64,000 bases of DNA from Octopus sinensis (lineage: Eukaryota). Shown here one piece after another: positions 13,308 through 25,760 of the stretch. Every line of letters begins with the position of its first letter. Position 1 is the stretch's first letter. The stretch lies in the NCBI RefSeq assembly GCF_006345805.1, contig NC_043003.1, forward strand, positions 87,110,001-87,174,000, read 5' to 3'. The position numbers and the translations under genes are program-made. Under the pieces are notes generated by a model. The model did no database searches. It was not told the origin of the DNA and saw nothing but the letters and a program-made list of their open reading frames with translations.

Positions 13308-14946
13308 ATGGCAGAGAAAAGAGTATTTTGTGGTGCGACGTATGGAAATTATTCTATAGAAGAAAAGCAAGCACTTGCTAACGTGGTGAACAAATCAATG
13401 AGAAGTATGATTCTGAATTAGAGCGAATGAAAGGGAAAACTCATTGGGATGCTAAAAGGAAACGACGTCCCAGACACCTCGAAGCAGGATATCTGGTTAA
13501 AGCAGTTCGTTTGTTTTACTCGACTTTGGCCGGTGTCAAAAACTCTGATTGAGTATTTGATCCTGCTGTTAAAGTAACCAAACACTGTTGTGAAAAATAT
13601 CTGAAAGGTGAACTTGACTGCGTTGAAAAAAAAATCCAAAGAAACGCTTCGGAGTCGCTGGAAGAGGTCGTGAAACAAAAGCACCAGGTGTGAGAGGCGC
13701 CTTGTTTGAATGGTTTGTGGGTTTTAGAACATCGCTGCATGCAAGACTACTTCAAGCGCTTTTCCTATTACAGGCTGAGAAAATTTATGAGGAGTGGATT
13801 TGCCAATACCCAGATACACCAACTCAGGAAAGTTTTATTTTTCAAAAAGCTAGATGAAAGATTGGCAAAAAGAAGTATGGGGTCTCGCTGAAATTTCCAA
13901 ACAAACGCACAAAGAGCGATGTGTTGAGCAGATTCAGGATTATTTGAAGAGCATATGGAGTGTGCGTCGTTATTTCCTTGACAAATTTGGTGTAGATCCT
14001 CTTGTTATCAATGGATATCAAATGTCCTCGGACCAGACTGAAAGTAGCGGACAAGCTACCTTATCATTCAGAAATCAAGATACATTCGTCAAAGAAAACC
14101 ACCATTTGTCTAGGGAACGTATCACAGTGTTCACCCAGGCTAGCAATGATACCAAAATCAATCTTATCTCAGAGTTTGTATTTAAAGGAACTGGAAATAG
14201 ACCACCACTACTGAATGCCCTGTCTACAATGAAATATCAATGTTCTCCTAAAGGTTCTTATAGATTAGAACAACTGCTCTGTACTATTGAAAGGCTTCCA
14301 AACTGATTCAATATGTTTTCACATGCAAACTTTGCCATTTATGTGTTCGATGATTACATGGTGCATTTGATGCCTGAGGGGAGAGATGCTCTCTAGAAAG
14401 GGAGTTATGTGCTAGTCATCATAGGCGGTGGCATCACCAGATTTGTTCAAGTTGACGACATGCACTTACACAAACAACTGAATGCAAAATAGAGAAATAG
14501 AGAAAGCAAGGATGCTAGAAAAGTTAGTTCAAGCTCCAAAGAAAATACCCACGCCCAGTCGATCCGAGATGATGCAAATATTACATCAAGTACATGCAGA
14601 TTGCAAGATTGATGTCGAAGCTGCTTTCAGGTCAACATGGGCCACAAATGCTTTCGATGGCTCTGAAGATTATAAGGTGTCAGACCGAATCACACATCTC
14701 GTCAGTCCGTTGATGCGAGAGTTTCGTCCAGAGATGATGCCAATACCCTGCTCAGATACTATTCAGAGAGTCATTAAGAACTTAATTCCACTGAAAGAGG
14801 TCAAGCGTGCAAACAATATTGAAGGCTCAGAACTATTTGATGGTGACGGCATTGAGGGAAAAGCTGCCGAAAGTGAGTCGGAAGACGAAGGTGAGCCATC
14901 TGGGAATCTTTTGGAGGTGATTGACCCATTTTTCTTTCCTTTGTGA
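13308..14946 (+). pseudogene. pogo-like (CENP-B HTH plus DDE) transposase pseudogene
   Basis: APGVRGALFEWFV HTH-like motif, ING(D>Y)QM, KENHHLSRERITV, EFVFKG, YVFDDYMVHL, VQVDD; frameshifts and stops; TIRs not found. Confidence 0.7.
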
Positions 14947-15539
14947 AACGCGTGCGGGTGCATTTATCAAAATTTATCCAATTTACGAATGAAAAAGGTT
15001 ACGTACCGAATTCAGCAGAATGAATGAATGAGTTTTACTTGATCAGTATTGTTATGTAACGGTGTTGTCATCAATTATAATGGCTGTTGAAATGAATCGA
15101 TATGAATGACTCCATAAAATAAGATGAGTGGAGTTAGATTCTGTCCAGTTGGACAGGTGTTGTTTAATGGGAAACAACCCTTGGTTTGTTTTTGTAAACT
15201 GTAGGTAACCTGAAAAGGTTATAGATGAAGCAGAAACGCAAACGCATGAATCAAACATGCCAAAACCATGCGTCAAATGTAACGAAGCGTCAACTTGCAT
15301 TGTTCAATGACTGAACGAAGAAGTTATTTGGAAGAAAATTTGTGAATCTGTTTCAAATCACAAACAAAATTAATGTTAATTTAAGAACGACACGCTGTTA
15401 TTGCAAATAGGTGTTTCGTGGTAACAAGGCATGGTAGAAATCTTTCATTTTTTTTTTTTTTGTGGAAAGGAGCCGTTTACGCGTCATTTCAATGTCATGT
15501 TAATTAATATAAGTGTTAATATGAAACTGTAAGGGCCTC

Positions 15540-15843
15540 CTAGCTTGACTCTACTTGAGATTTGAAACCAAATCCACCGGCTTGTTGCTTGTCGAATTGT
15601 GTACGTAGAGATGTTGACGTTAGGACGATGGTGGCGACAGAGATGGAGGTTGCCGAATGCTGTTGGACGAAGTTGGTGAGTCTCAACGAGGTTGCTGTTT
15701 TGTTGTCGCAGGAACTGGCTGTGTCTTGTGTGGTCAGTGGCTAGAACTTAAAAGGCCTTTCAAACTGACCTTACCTGAGATTTGAAACCAAATCCACCAG
15801 ATTGTTGCTTGTCAAAATGAACGGGGAATCCTCCACGCTCCAT
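15540..15843 (-). CDS. Speculative 89-aa two-exon micro-ORF with a repeated FDKQQ(S/A)GGFGFKSQ motif
   Basis: ATG at 15843, CAG|GTAAGG donor at 15775/15774, TTCTAG acceptor at 15741, in-frame to TAG ending 15540. The intron is only 34 nt. Confidence 0.2.
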
Positions 15844-16166
15844 CCCTAGGACCAGTACTAGTCAAGGAAATGTCAGTCCTTTGTTTAAGGTTTGATTTAC
15901 ATTACTGACCATAGCCTATATAACAGAGAGAATTTTCTATTTCTTCCTCTGATGTGTCAGCTATGACCAAGGAGCAACACCGGCTTTGCATCAGCTTTAA
16001 CCAAGAGCAGCACTCCTCTTCGCCCTTCGCTCGACATGCGAAGGGTGGCTTTCGGCCATAAGAAAGTCTATTGATGCAGAAAGGATTCGGACACAAGATC
16101 ACTGACTACTTTCTCAGATGAACGACACACACACACAGACACAAAAATACATATTAAGATATATTT

Positions 16167-16427
16167 AAAGGGCTAAAAACCACTATGTGGTCAGCCATAT
16201 GCTAGAAGTAGATCACCTGCGATCAAACTACAAAGAAAAGAATGTTCTCTAGTGAAAACTTCAGCGGACACCAGAACAATATGCGGGTAAGACAGATGAA
16301 AATTATATAAAAAACAAGAATTAATCGTAGACCTAGGTTTGATCGCAGTTTGATCGCAGGTTATCGTAGTTTGATTGCAGGTGATCTACTTCTAGCATAT
16401 GGCTGACCACATAGTGGTTTTTTAGCT

Positions 16428-16431
<4 letters not shown>
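16167..16431. repeat. Fold-back / MITE-like inverted repeat
   Basis: About 65-bp arms 16167-16231 and 16366-16431, near identical; TA-rich flanks. Confidence 0.85.
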
Positions 16432-16480
<49 letters not shown>

Positions 16481-16483
<3 letters not shown>

Positions 16484-16785
16484 TATAGCCTCAAGACCAC
16501 CAAAGCCTTGTGAGTGGATTTCGTACACGGAAACTAGAAGAAGACTGTCGTGTATATGTGTATATATGTGTGTGTGTGTGAGTCTGTGTTTGTACCCCCA
16601 CCATCACTTGACAGCCGATGCTGCTGTGTTTGCATCCCCGTAACTTAGTAGTTCCCCAAAAGAAACCGATAGAATAAGTAGTAGGCTTACAAAGAATAAA
16701 TCCTGGGGTCGATTTGTTCCACTAAAGGTGGTGCTCTAGTATGGCCACAGTCACATGACTGAAACAAATAAGACAATAAAAAAAC
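16481..16785 (+). mobile_element. SINE family A, 5'-truncated
   Basis: Matches 670-1008. Confidence 0.8.
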
Positions 16786-16799
16786 TATGCAATTTTAAT

Positions 16800-16827
16800 C
16801 CCAAGCAACACCGGGTACCTCTACTAG
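16800..16827 (+). mobile_element. Helitron-type 3' terminus (degenerate)
   Basis: CCCAAGCAACACCGGGTA hairpin remnant followed by CTAG|T. Confidence 0.45.
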
Positions 16828-17064
16828 TTTCTTTTGTACAATATAACATGGGAATTATTTGTCTGTATTCAATGAAAGCTTTTGATTGTGTAACCTCCAC
16901 ACCTTGTATAAGAAAATAAATCCTGCTCATTGTTGATAATTGTTGTAAATCCTTATTCAAATTTACTATACTATAATGGAAATTATCATTGTATGAAGAG
17001 CAGATATACAGCAAAATTTACCTGTTATTCATGCAATGGTATTTGAAGTATTTAATTCCTAAAT

Positions 17065-17374
17065 GGAGGCGCAATGGCCCAGTGGTTAGGGCAGCGGACT
17101 CGCGGTCGTAGGATCGCGGTTTAGATTCCCAGACCGGGTGTTGTGAGTGTTTATTGAACGAAAACACCTATAGCTCCACGAGGCTCCGGCAGAGGGTGGT
17201 GGCGATCCCTGCTGTACTCTTTCGCCACAACTTTCTCTCACTCTTTCTTCTGTGACCTGCTCGCTTAGCCAGCGGGGTGGCGTCATTTGAAGGCTAAAAA
17301 ACAATGCGAAGCGCATTGTGACCAGCGATGTGTAGCAACATCTGATGGCCTGGTCGGTCACGGTGATCACGGTG
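17065..17374 (+). mobile_element. SINE family D, tail type 1, with TSD
   Basis: tRNA-like head; AATTCCTAAAT at 17054-17064 and 17375-17385. Confidence 0.9.
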
Positions 17375-17389
17375 AATTCCTAAATAATT

Positions 17390-18366
17390 CTGGTCTCGGG
17401 CCCTTATTGTTCTTAGTCTTCATAAATGACTTGCCCGACGACCTCACGCAACACACCCTTCTATTTGCCGACGATGTCAAACTGGTCGCTCCTCGCGGTG
17501 ATATAGAGGATCTTCGTCGATGCCTCCACCAAATTTGGAGATGGTCAAACGAATGGGACCTGTGTCTGAACGTGTCAAAGTGTTGTCATCTGCCTGTTGG
17601 CTCTCCTCCTACAACTCAACTTGATTTCGAGCCGGGTTGTCTGCTGCTGGAGAGGACCGATCAGGTAAAGAACCTGGGTATCTTGGTGGATTCCTCCTTT
17701 TCGCCTTCGGCCCAGTGCGTCCATGCTGCCAACAAAGCATGCGGAGTTCTGTTCTTGATTCGACGGTCATTCGGAATGCTCACAGCAGCCATATTCCTAC
17801 CGCTCTATGTCACGCTGGTGAGACCCAAATTGGAGTACGGGATTCAAGCCTCTTCTCCTTATCTCCTCAAAGACATACAGCATCTCGAAAGAGTCCAGAA
17901 GCTGGCTACCCGCATGGTTCTTGGTCTCAAGAATTTGTCTTATGAAGAAAGGCTGAAGACGCTCGACCTTTATTCTCTAGAAAAACGACGACGCCGTGGT
18001 GATCTCATTCTTGCTCACAACATCATAAGCGGAAAGTGTAACATCTCGAAGGAACTGTTCTTCACTCCTGCTCCAGAGCGTCGGCTGCGGGGTCATTCCG
18101 AAAAGCTCTATCTGCGACGATTTCATCTCAATCGAAGGAGAGGGGCTTTCTCCGTCCGGGTTGCGGATCCGTGGAATAAGCTGCCGGACGAGATGGTGAA
18201 GATGCCGACGACCGCTCGGTTCAAAGTCTCCCTTGACCACAAGTGGCCTGAACTCTTTACATGAACACCACCCTGTACACAACTCCATGTCCCCCTACAT
18301 GGCCTTGCTTTTTGCTTTTTGAGCCAAAAAATTAACTAACTAACTAACTTAACTAACTAACTAACA
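17390..18366 (+). mobile_element. 5'-truncated CR1-like LINE (RT C-terminal half, 3' UTR, (TAAC)n tail)
   Basis: Uninterrupted frame LGPLLFLVFINDLP..FADDVKL..NLGILVD..LVRPKLEY..LERVQKLATR..RRRRGDLI ending at 18264; 3' stem-loop 18285-18302; TAAC tail. Confidence 0.9.
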
Positions 18367-18711
18367 TATGTACAATCCTGTACATTAACTTACTGATATT
18401 TTTATGCAAAAAAAAAACTAGAGCATAAGACAGTAGTCATGATGTATTACTAACCTCAGAGATTGGGGGAGGGAGTGTGGAAGATATCCTCAAGCTGGAG
18501 ATCTGGCCAGAATACTTGCAACAGAGTGGACTCTACCAAAGTCACCTAAAGTGACAGGTGATGGTGTTATAGTGAGCAACAGGCTAAGTCTACCACCCAA
18601 CACAGAAAAAGACAATACTTCTCTGATGACTTCAGAATAAGGCTTTTAATGTTTGGAGTTACCTCTCATACTTATCAGGAACAAGATGTTATAATATTAC
18701 TTATTGACTTC

Positions 18712-19078
18712 ATCATCATCATCATTTAGCGTCCGTTTGCCATGCTAGCATGGGTTGGACGGTTCAACTGGGGTCTGGGAGGCCAGAAGGCTGCACCAGG
18801 CCCAGTTTGATCTGGCAATGTTTCTACGGCTGGATGCCCTTCCTAACGCCAACCACTCCGTGAGTGTAGTGGGTGCTTTTTACATGCCACCGGCACAGTT
18901 GCCTGACGGGGCTGGCAACAGGCCACGGTCGGATGGTGCTTTTTATGTGCCACCGGACACGATCGGATGGTGCTTTTTACATGCCACCGGCACGAGGGCC
19001 AGGCGAGACTGGCAACGGCCACGATCAGATGGTGCTTTTTACGTGCCACCGGCACGGGGGCCAGGCAAGGCTGGCAAA
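18712..19078 (-). mobile_element. RTE 3'-UTR-only copy
   Basis: (GAT)n tail, GGAAGGGCATCCAG motif and tandem units identical in type to 58078-58458. Confidence 0.85.
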
Positions 19079-19666
19079 ACTTATTTATTCCTAGTTAGGT
19101 GTTTAATACAATTTACATTAAATATCTTAGCACTAATTAGGCTATGCCCCCACCACCCCCACCACCACCATCACCACCAATTAGATATTAAAGCAATTTT
19201 AATGTATTGCTGTAGCTCACAATGTTCTGATCAAATGTACGATAGGTAAAAATGATAAGATCAATTGAGACTTAATATACAATAAGAAAATATGTGTAAG
19301 AGACAGTATTATCTTCAAGTAAATATTTATTGCTGTTATGTATTTTGGTTTAGGAAAAATTAAGATAAACAAAGAGCTAAATGTAATTATTATGGATAGC
19401 ATGAATTGTAGTCACACATGAGTCTCCAGAATTTTTTGGAAAGCTGGCAATTTTTCCTTCCATTAAAATATAAAGTAATTTGCTTTATAGTTAATAAAAG
19501 CTAATCATACAAGCATAACGAATCTGAAATGGAAGATGAAAAATTTTAAGTAAAAACACGTAAATATATTATAAAGGTGGTCAGCCTTATGTTCGTTGTT
19601 TAATAGTAGGAAGTGAGAAAAATCTATACGTGTATGTATATGTATGTACGTGTGTTTTGCATGTAG

Positions 19667-19734
<68 letters not shown>

Positions 19735-20569
19735 TTATGGATAAGGGTATATGAATGTAAATGTCTGAGTGTGTGTGTACTAGTGGGAAATGGTGATAAC
19801 AGTTTTATGCCTTTCTGTAGCCCCAAGGACCGCTTCTTTATCGCACTTAACTGACAAGATAACTTCCTAGAAATGTTTTGGCTAACCTGCCTGTTTCCTG
19901 GTACTACTTCACGGCAGGTTTCAGTTATAAACTACTTAAGATAACTGCTTGAGATAATAAGGTTATTTTTACCTATTTGCTCCTTGAATATCCATTATAC
20001 TGCTGATTTCTCTATAGATTTGAATGTTCTTTTTTAAAATATTACTTATTCATAATGTTGATTGTTGGATAGGTCATCATCAAAGTTTTTACCTTACCTG
20101 TTTAAAATTTCACCTGAAGATGTTGGATTTATGCTATGATGTAATCTAGTAGAACACCAATAAAATTCTACCGAAACGGTTGTAGTAAATTGTAAACTTC
20201 AATTTGTGGTCTTCTTTTTATATCTATAACACACCTGGACTCATGCAAAACAATACATTGCTTCAAGAGGTGGATAGAAAATTTTCAAAAATTGATGAAA
20301 TCGAGTAAAAGAAGTTTATTGTTTGTTTATATATAACATGCAGTTATATGATCAAATATTGTTATACACAAAATTAAAGTGAAACAAGCTGATATGTAGA
20401 CATTTAATAGCAATGTAATCTTAGTATTACTTACGTTGAAAAGAAAAATACCAAACATATTTACTGTTATTAAAGCAATGAAATATTAATACTTAGTAGA
20501 ATGCTAGCAAAGTATGCAACAGTTGAAGATGTAAAATTTACAGCAGTCAATTATAAGATGAAATATTGG

Positions 20570-21008
20570 TTTCAAATTTTGACACGAGGTCAGTAATTTT
20601 GGGGAAGAGGGTAAGTTGATTACATTGACTCCATTGTTCAACTGATACTGTATTTTATCGACCCTGAAAGGATGAATGGCAAAATTTACCTTGGCAGAAT
20701 TTGAACTCAGAACTTAATGAAGGACAAAATACTGCTAAGCATTTTGCCTGGCATGCTAAATATTCTTTTCTACTCTAGACACAAGGTCTGAAATTTTGGG
20801 GGAAGAGGGCCAGTCGATTAAATCGACTCCCAGTACTCAACTGGCACTTAATTTATCGACCCCAGTAGGATGAAAAGCAAAGTTAATCTTGACAGAATTT
20901 GAACTCAGAACATAGAGACAGACGAAATACTACTAAGCATTTTGCCGAGTGTGCTAACATTTCTGTCAGCTTACCACCTTGGCATGCTAACGATTCTGCC
21001 AGCTCACT
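20570..21008 (-). mobile_element. Cluster of two to three SINE family B copies
   Basis: Repeated ATCGACCC..GAAAGGATGAA..GAATTTGAACTCAGAAC. Confidence 0.75.
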
Positions 21009-21184
21009 GCCTAACTATAAGCAGAAATATTGCAAAGCAGTTGTTAAGAGAATGTGCATTTAATATCAAAAACAATGATGAATAAATGAAGAATATTAAC
21101 TGAAAAAAGACAGTGAAACATAAGCTGAAATCTATAATTATAATATACATGTATTTTTGAAAAATAATATTGATAATATATGTA

Positions 21185-21193
21185 CGTACGTAC

Positions 21194-21224
<31 letters not shown>

Positions 21225-21275
21225 TGTATGTATGTATGTATGTATGTATGTATATGTATGTATGTATGTATGTGT
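21185..21275. repeat. (TATG)n microsatellite
   Basis: Direct reading. Confidence 0.9.
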
Positions 21276-22200
21276 ATTATATATGTACATGTGTGTGTGT
21301 CTATGCTTGTGTGTACCCTTGTCTAGACATACTAGACATACAATGATAACTATAATGATATGTGTGGGAGGAGGATGAGTTTCCATTCAGTTTCCCTTCT
21401 GCCAATTCTACTCACAAAGTATTGGTCAATCTGAAGCTACATTACAAATAGACTTTCCTATGTTAAAGTCTTGTGGTTACAAAGCTAAATCTGCATCCAC
21501 ACAAATATGGATATGGCCACATGAATAGCAAGTTTATTTATGTGTGTGGTATGGGGTGTGTCTGTGAAATTTAGGTTATTTTTATTTTTAAAGAATAACA
21601 ACAAAGCATTTACTGAGTGAGGCAATATTGATATATTACTTGGAGAGGCAATAATTACTAGGCAGAGGCAATATTGATTGTAGAGTTTAATTTATTCTTA
21701 AATTCATTTTGACTGGGACTTTAGTTTTGCCACGTTGCTTATTCAACCAGTCCACACAAAACATCTTGTAAATTGTAACTATTGAAGTCAACAGGCTCTG
21801 CTAACCTGATTTCTTCCTCAGTGGTTGTATAAATCACAAGGTAAAATTTCCTGTAAAAACTAATTTTTGCAATAAATATGACTATACTAAACTTTCACAT
21901 ATATACATATGGATAATAGTCTCTCTCTTAGTTCAAGAAAGACAGTTCTGCAATTTCTTGCTGGTTTATAGTAATCAAATGTATGTGTTGTACATTAGCT
22001 CACTCACTTCATCAAATCAATGTTGCCTGAACAGGTTCATGGTGTACTACATGTTAGATGTCAAAGTGATCACAGGGCAACATGAAATGAAGTGTTTTGC
22101 TCAAGAACACAGTGCACCACTTGGTGCAGGAATTGAAAACCACAATCTCATGATCATGAGTGCAACGCCTAATCACTAGACCAAGCTCTTTCTACATGTA

Positions 22201-23482
22201 TTGAGTTGTCCGGAAAGTTGGTGCCGATTTATAGTAGCTTACCTTTCGACTTATTTTAGAACATGGTTGCATCCATAAAATAGGATTTGACTAAACCTCC
22301 ATTTAGAGCACAGTTTAAGCTATCTGTTCGTAGGAGAAGGTTTATGTTCCTATCACCAGTGTTAATTCTGTAACCTTTAAAATGGAAGATAAGAAAGTTC
22401 ATTTTCGGCACTTGATGCTTTTCTTTTTCCGTAAAGGGAAAATGCCTCACAAGCAACCAAGGAAATATGCGCAGTTTACAGTGATATTTCTTTATCTGAG
22501 AGAAGTGTACAGAAGTGGTTCACAAGGTTCTGAGCCGGAGATTGTAGCCTTATTGATAAGGAGCAATCAAGCAGACCATCCACTACAGATGGTGACAAAA
22601 TCCAGTCATTAATTGAGAATAACCCACATTGCACAACCCAAGAATTGGCAGAAAGCCTCAACCTATCAAAATCTGTCGTTCATGAGCACCTGGTAAAGTT
22701 TGGGTACACAAATCGCTACGATGTTTGGGTACCACATGAATTGAGTGAGAAGAACCTTTTGGATCACATTTCCATCTGTGATTCGCTTTATAAATGGAAT
22801 GAAAATGAGCCTTTTTTAAAGAAAATTGTGACAGGTGATGAGAAATGGATTATCTACCGAAATTTCAGAGAAAGTGATCCTGGAGTAAGCGACATGAACC
22901 ACCCTTAGCCACCCAAAAAGTGGGTCTTCACCCTAAAAAAGTCTTGCTTTGTGTCTGGTGGGATTGGAAAGGAATGTTGTACTATGAGCTTCTCCCAAGT
23001 AACCAGACAATTAATTCTGAGAAATGCTGCACACAACTGGATGAGTTAAAAGCAGCAATTCAAGAGAAACAACCAGAATTGGCCAACAGGAAGGGTGTTG
23101 TTTTCCAACATGATAAGACCGCACGTTTCTTTGGGAACCAGACAAAAATTGCTGCAGCTCGGCTGGGATGTGTTAACCCCCACTCACCCCCCATATTCAC
23201 CAGATTTTGCTCCTTTGGATTTCCACTTATTCAGGTCTCTGCAGAATAGTCTTAATGGTAAAAATTTCAATTCTTTGGATGACATAAAAAGCTACCTTGA
23301 TGAATTCTTTGCCATGAAACTACCTCAATTCTGGGAAGAGGGTATTTTCAAGTTAAAGGAAAGATGGAGATGCATTGTGCAACAAAATGGTTCATGTTTG
23401 GCTGATTAAAAATGTAATCGCAAATATTTATTGACCTTTTTCTTTCCTTTAAAAATCGGCACGGACTTTCCGGATTACCCAA
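22201..23482 (+). mobile_element. Full-length mariner, mellifera-like, with disrupted transposase (22382-23409)
   Basis: About 30-bp imperfect TIRs, TA on both sides; MEDKKVHFRHLMLF, WVPHEL, TGDEKW, HPPYSPDFAPLD; several frameshifts. Confidence 0.92.
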
Positions 23483-23974
23483 TATATACATAAGCATGCA
23501 TAAACATATACAGTGTTGAAATATCTTGTTTATTTATGTTATTATCGAGCTAGCTAGCTACCTATCTATTTCACTAGTTGCAAGAAGTTTTTATGTATAT
23601 ATAAAAGTATTGATATGCCGAAGGATATTATCTCTCAATATGGAAAATTCTGTTTGCTAATATCCTGTTAAGAAACTCGTTATGGTAATATTAGAAAGTA
23701 TGACAATATCCAGCAATGTCATTGTATTCATAGTTAACAATATAAATAGCAAAATTTATATCAAAATACGTTAAATCTGAATGATCTAAAACTAGCAATG
23801 GTGAGTCACATAACTCAAGGAAGTGACCACCCAGTAAAGACTTTGTCGTCTTTTAACCTTTTTGCTACTACATTTGTGTTCAAATACACTGTTTTACTTG
23901 CTGTTAATTTTGAAAATTTTGAAGAATATAGTAAAATAACTTTGTCGTTATTAAGCCAATGTATGCTGGGTAAA

Positions 23975-24335
23975 ATTCTTAGCAGCATTTCGTCCATCTT
24001 TACGTTTGTCTTTACCAGTAAAACACTAGGGTTGATATAATCGATTACTCCCCTCCCCTCCCCTCAAATTTCAGGACTTGTGCCTTTAGTAGAAAGGATT
24101 ATTAATCCAATGTGCTTAAGACAGTGAGCTGGCAGAATCATTAGCACACCAGGCAAAATGCTTAGTGGCATTTTGTCCATCTTTAAGTTCTGAGTTCAAA
24201 TTCTGCCGAGGTCGACTTTGCCTTTCATGCTTTTGGTGTTGTCCTAGCTGAGTATTGGGGGTCGATGTCATCGACTTACTCCTTCCATTAAACATGCTAG
24301 CCTTGTGCCAAAATTTGAAACCATTATTAAGCCAA
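23975..24335 (+). mobile_element. Two SINE family B copies
   Basis: Family B motifs at 23975-24110 and 24120-24335. Confidence 0.7.
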
Positions 24336-24539
24336 TGTTTAAAACAAATCAATATGGAAGTTTAATGGTAAGTTTCAACTGAGATTACTTTAAAATAGAA
24401 AATTTGTACCATTGACTAGGAATGGACTTGGGCAGGTTAGCATCATAAGAGTTGGTATAACAAGTGAAAAACACCAGATTTGTGAAACCCATCCCTATTC
24501 AATGATCCCCATGGCAAAGATTCAATCAAATAATAATTG

Positions 24540-24752
24540 TTTCAACTTTTGGCACAAAGTCAGAAAATTTAGGTGAGTGGGCTAGTTACTTACATTGACC
24601 CTAGTGCTTGACTGGTACTTATTTCATCGACCCTGAAAGGATGAAAGGCAAAGTTGACCTCAGTGGAATTTGAACTCAGAATGTAAAACTGGAAGAAATG
24701 CTACTGAGCATATTATATTGTTCAGTGTGCTAACAACTCTGAAAGCTCACTG
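24540..24752 (-). mobile_element. SINE family B
   Basis: Reverse-complement family B motifs. Confidence 0.7.
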
Positions 24753-25469
24753 CCTTATTCTAATAATAATAGTTAGTTCCCATTACTCAATAAGAAGCAG
24801 AGGGTTTCCTGGCTCTTCAGACATATACATTTGTCTCTGGTTGGGATGCTTGTCCATTTGCAGAAATACTCATTTTTACCAGCTGATTTGACTGGAGCAG
24901 TGTGAAGTGAAGTGTTATGCTCAAGAAACATAATACATCATTCATTCCAGGAATTTTATGATCATGAGTCTAACACCCTAAATACTAAGCCATGCACCTC
25001 TAGATCTAATTCTAATAGAGTGTCCAATTTTAAGTCCCGCAACTATTTACAAGAGTACTGTACATGATACTAAATTTTCAAGTAGGTGAACAGATCAGTT
25101 TGATATTCAAGTCTTATCTATATTAATCCCAAGTCTGTTGTAGAGTTTATTCCATGGATACTTTGGACACTAGCTCAAGACTTCATTGAGCCAGTTGTGA
25201 TTCTAAAGAAGAGAAATTCCTGCACAAATTTACTTCTTAATGAATGCAAGTATACAGGTGTGATTAAGTAGTTAACTTCTTAACCCATGTGGTACTGGTT
25301 TCATCCCACAGTGTGGGATTGACCAATAGCATTACAATTTGACAGGGAAATTGTGTAGAAGCTAGCATTTCTATTTGTCTATTTGTCTAAATAGACATAG
25401 ATAGATAGATAGACAGATAGCTAGCTAGATTCATTGATATATTCCTATCTACACGCACATGCCTGTGGG

Positions 25470-25708
25470 TAAGTATGTATGTATGTATTTATGTATATAC
25501 ACACACATAACTTAGATATGTTTCGACCAAAGATTGGTTGAGGTCATGTCTAACTTGATTCCTACATACATACATACATACATACATACATACATGCATA
25601 CATACATACATACATACATACATACATACATAAATACATACATACATTCCTACATACATATACATATACATATACATACATACATACATACATACATACA
25701 TACATACA

Positions 25709-25740
<32 letters not shown>

Positions 25741-25760
25741 CATATACATACATATATAAA
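25470..25760. repeat. (TACA)n microsatellite
   Basis: Direct reading. Confidence 0.95.

Noticed and set aside
15902-16102. Cys-rich 66-aa minus-strand ORF
   Set aside because: No recognisable Cys spacing pattern or signal peptide, and no splice support.
17287-18264. 325-aa ORF, the longest in the window, as a host gene
   Set aside because: Non-ATG start inside a SINE reading through the TSD into a truncated CR1-like RT; a chance chimera.
20110-20190. CTGAAGA..GAAACG motif pair (similar remnant near 5725-5750)
   Set aside because: Stems do not pair convincingly; at most decayed Penelope LTR remnants.
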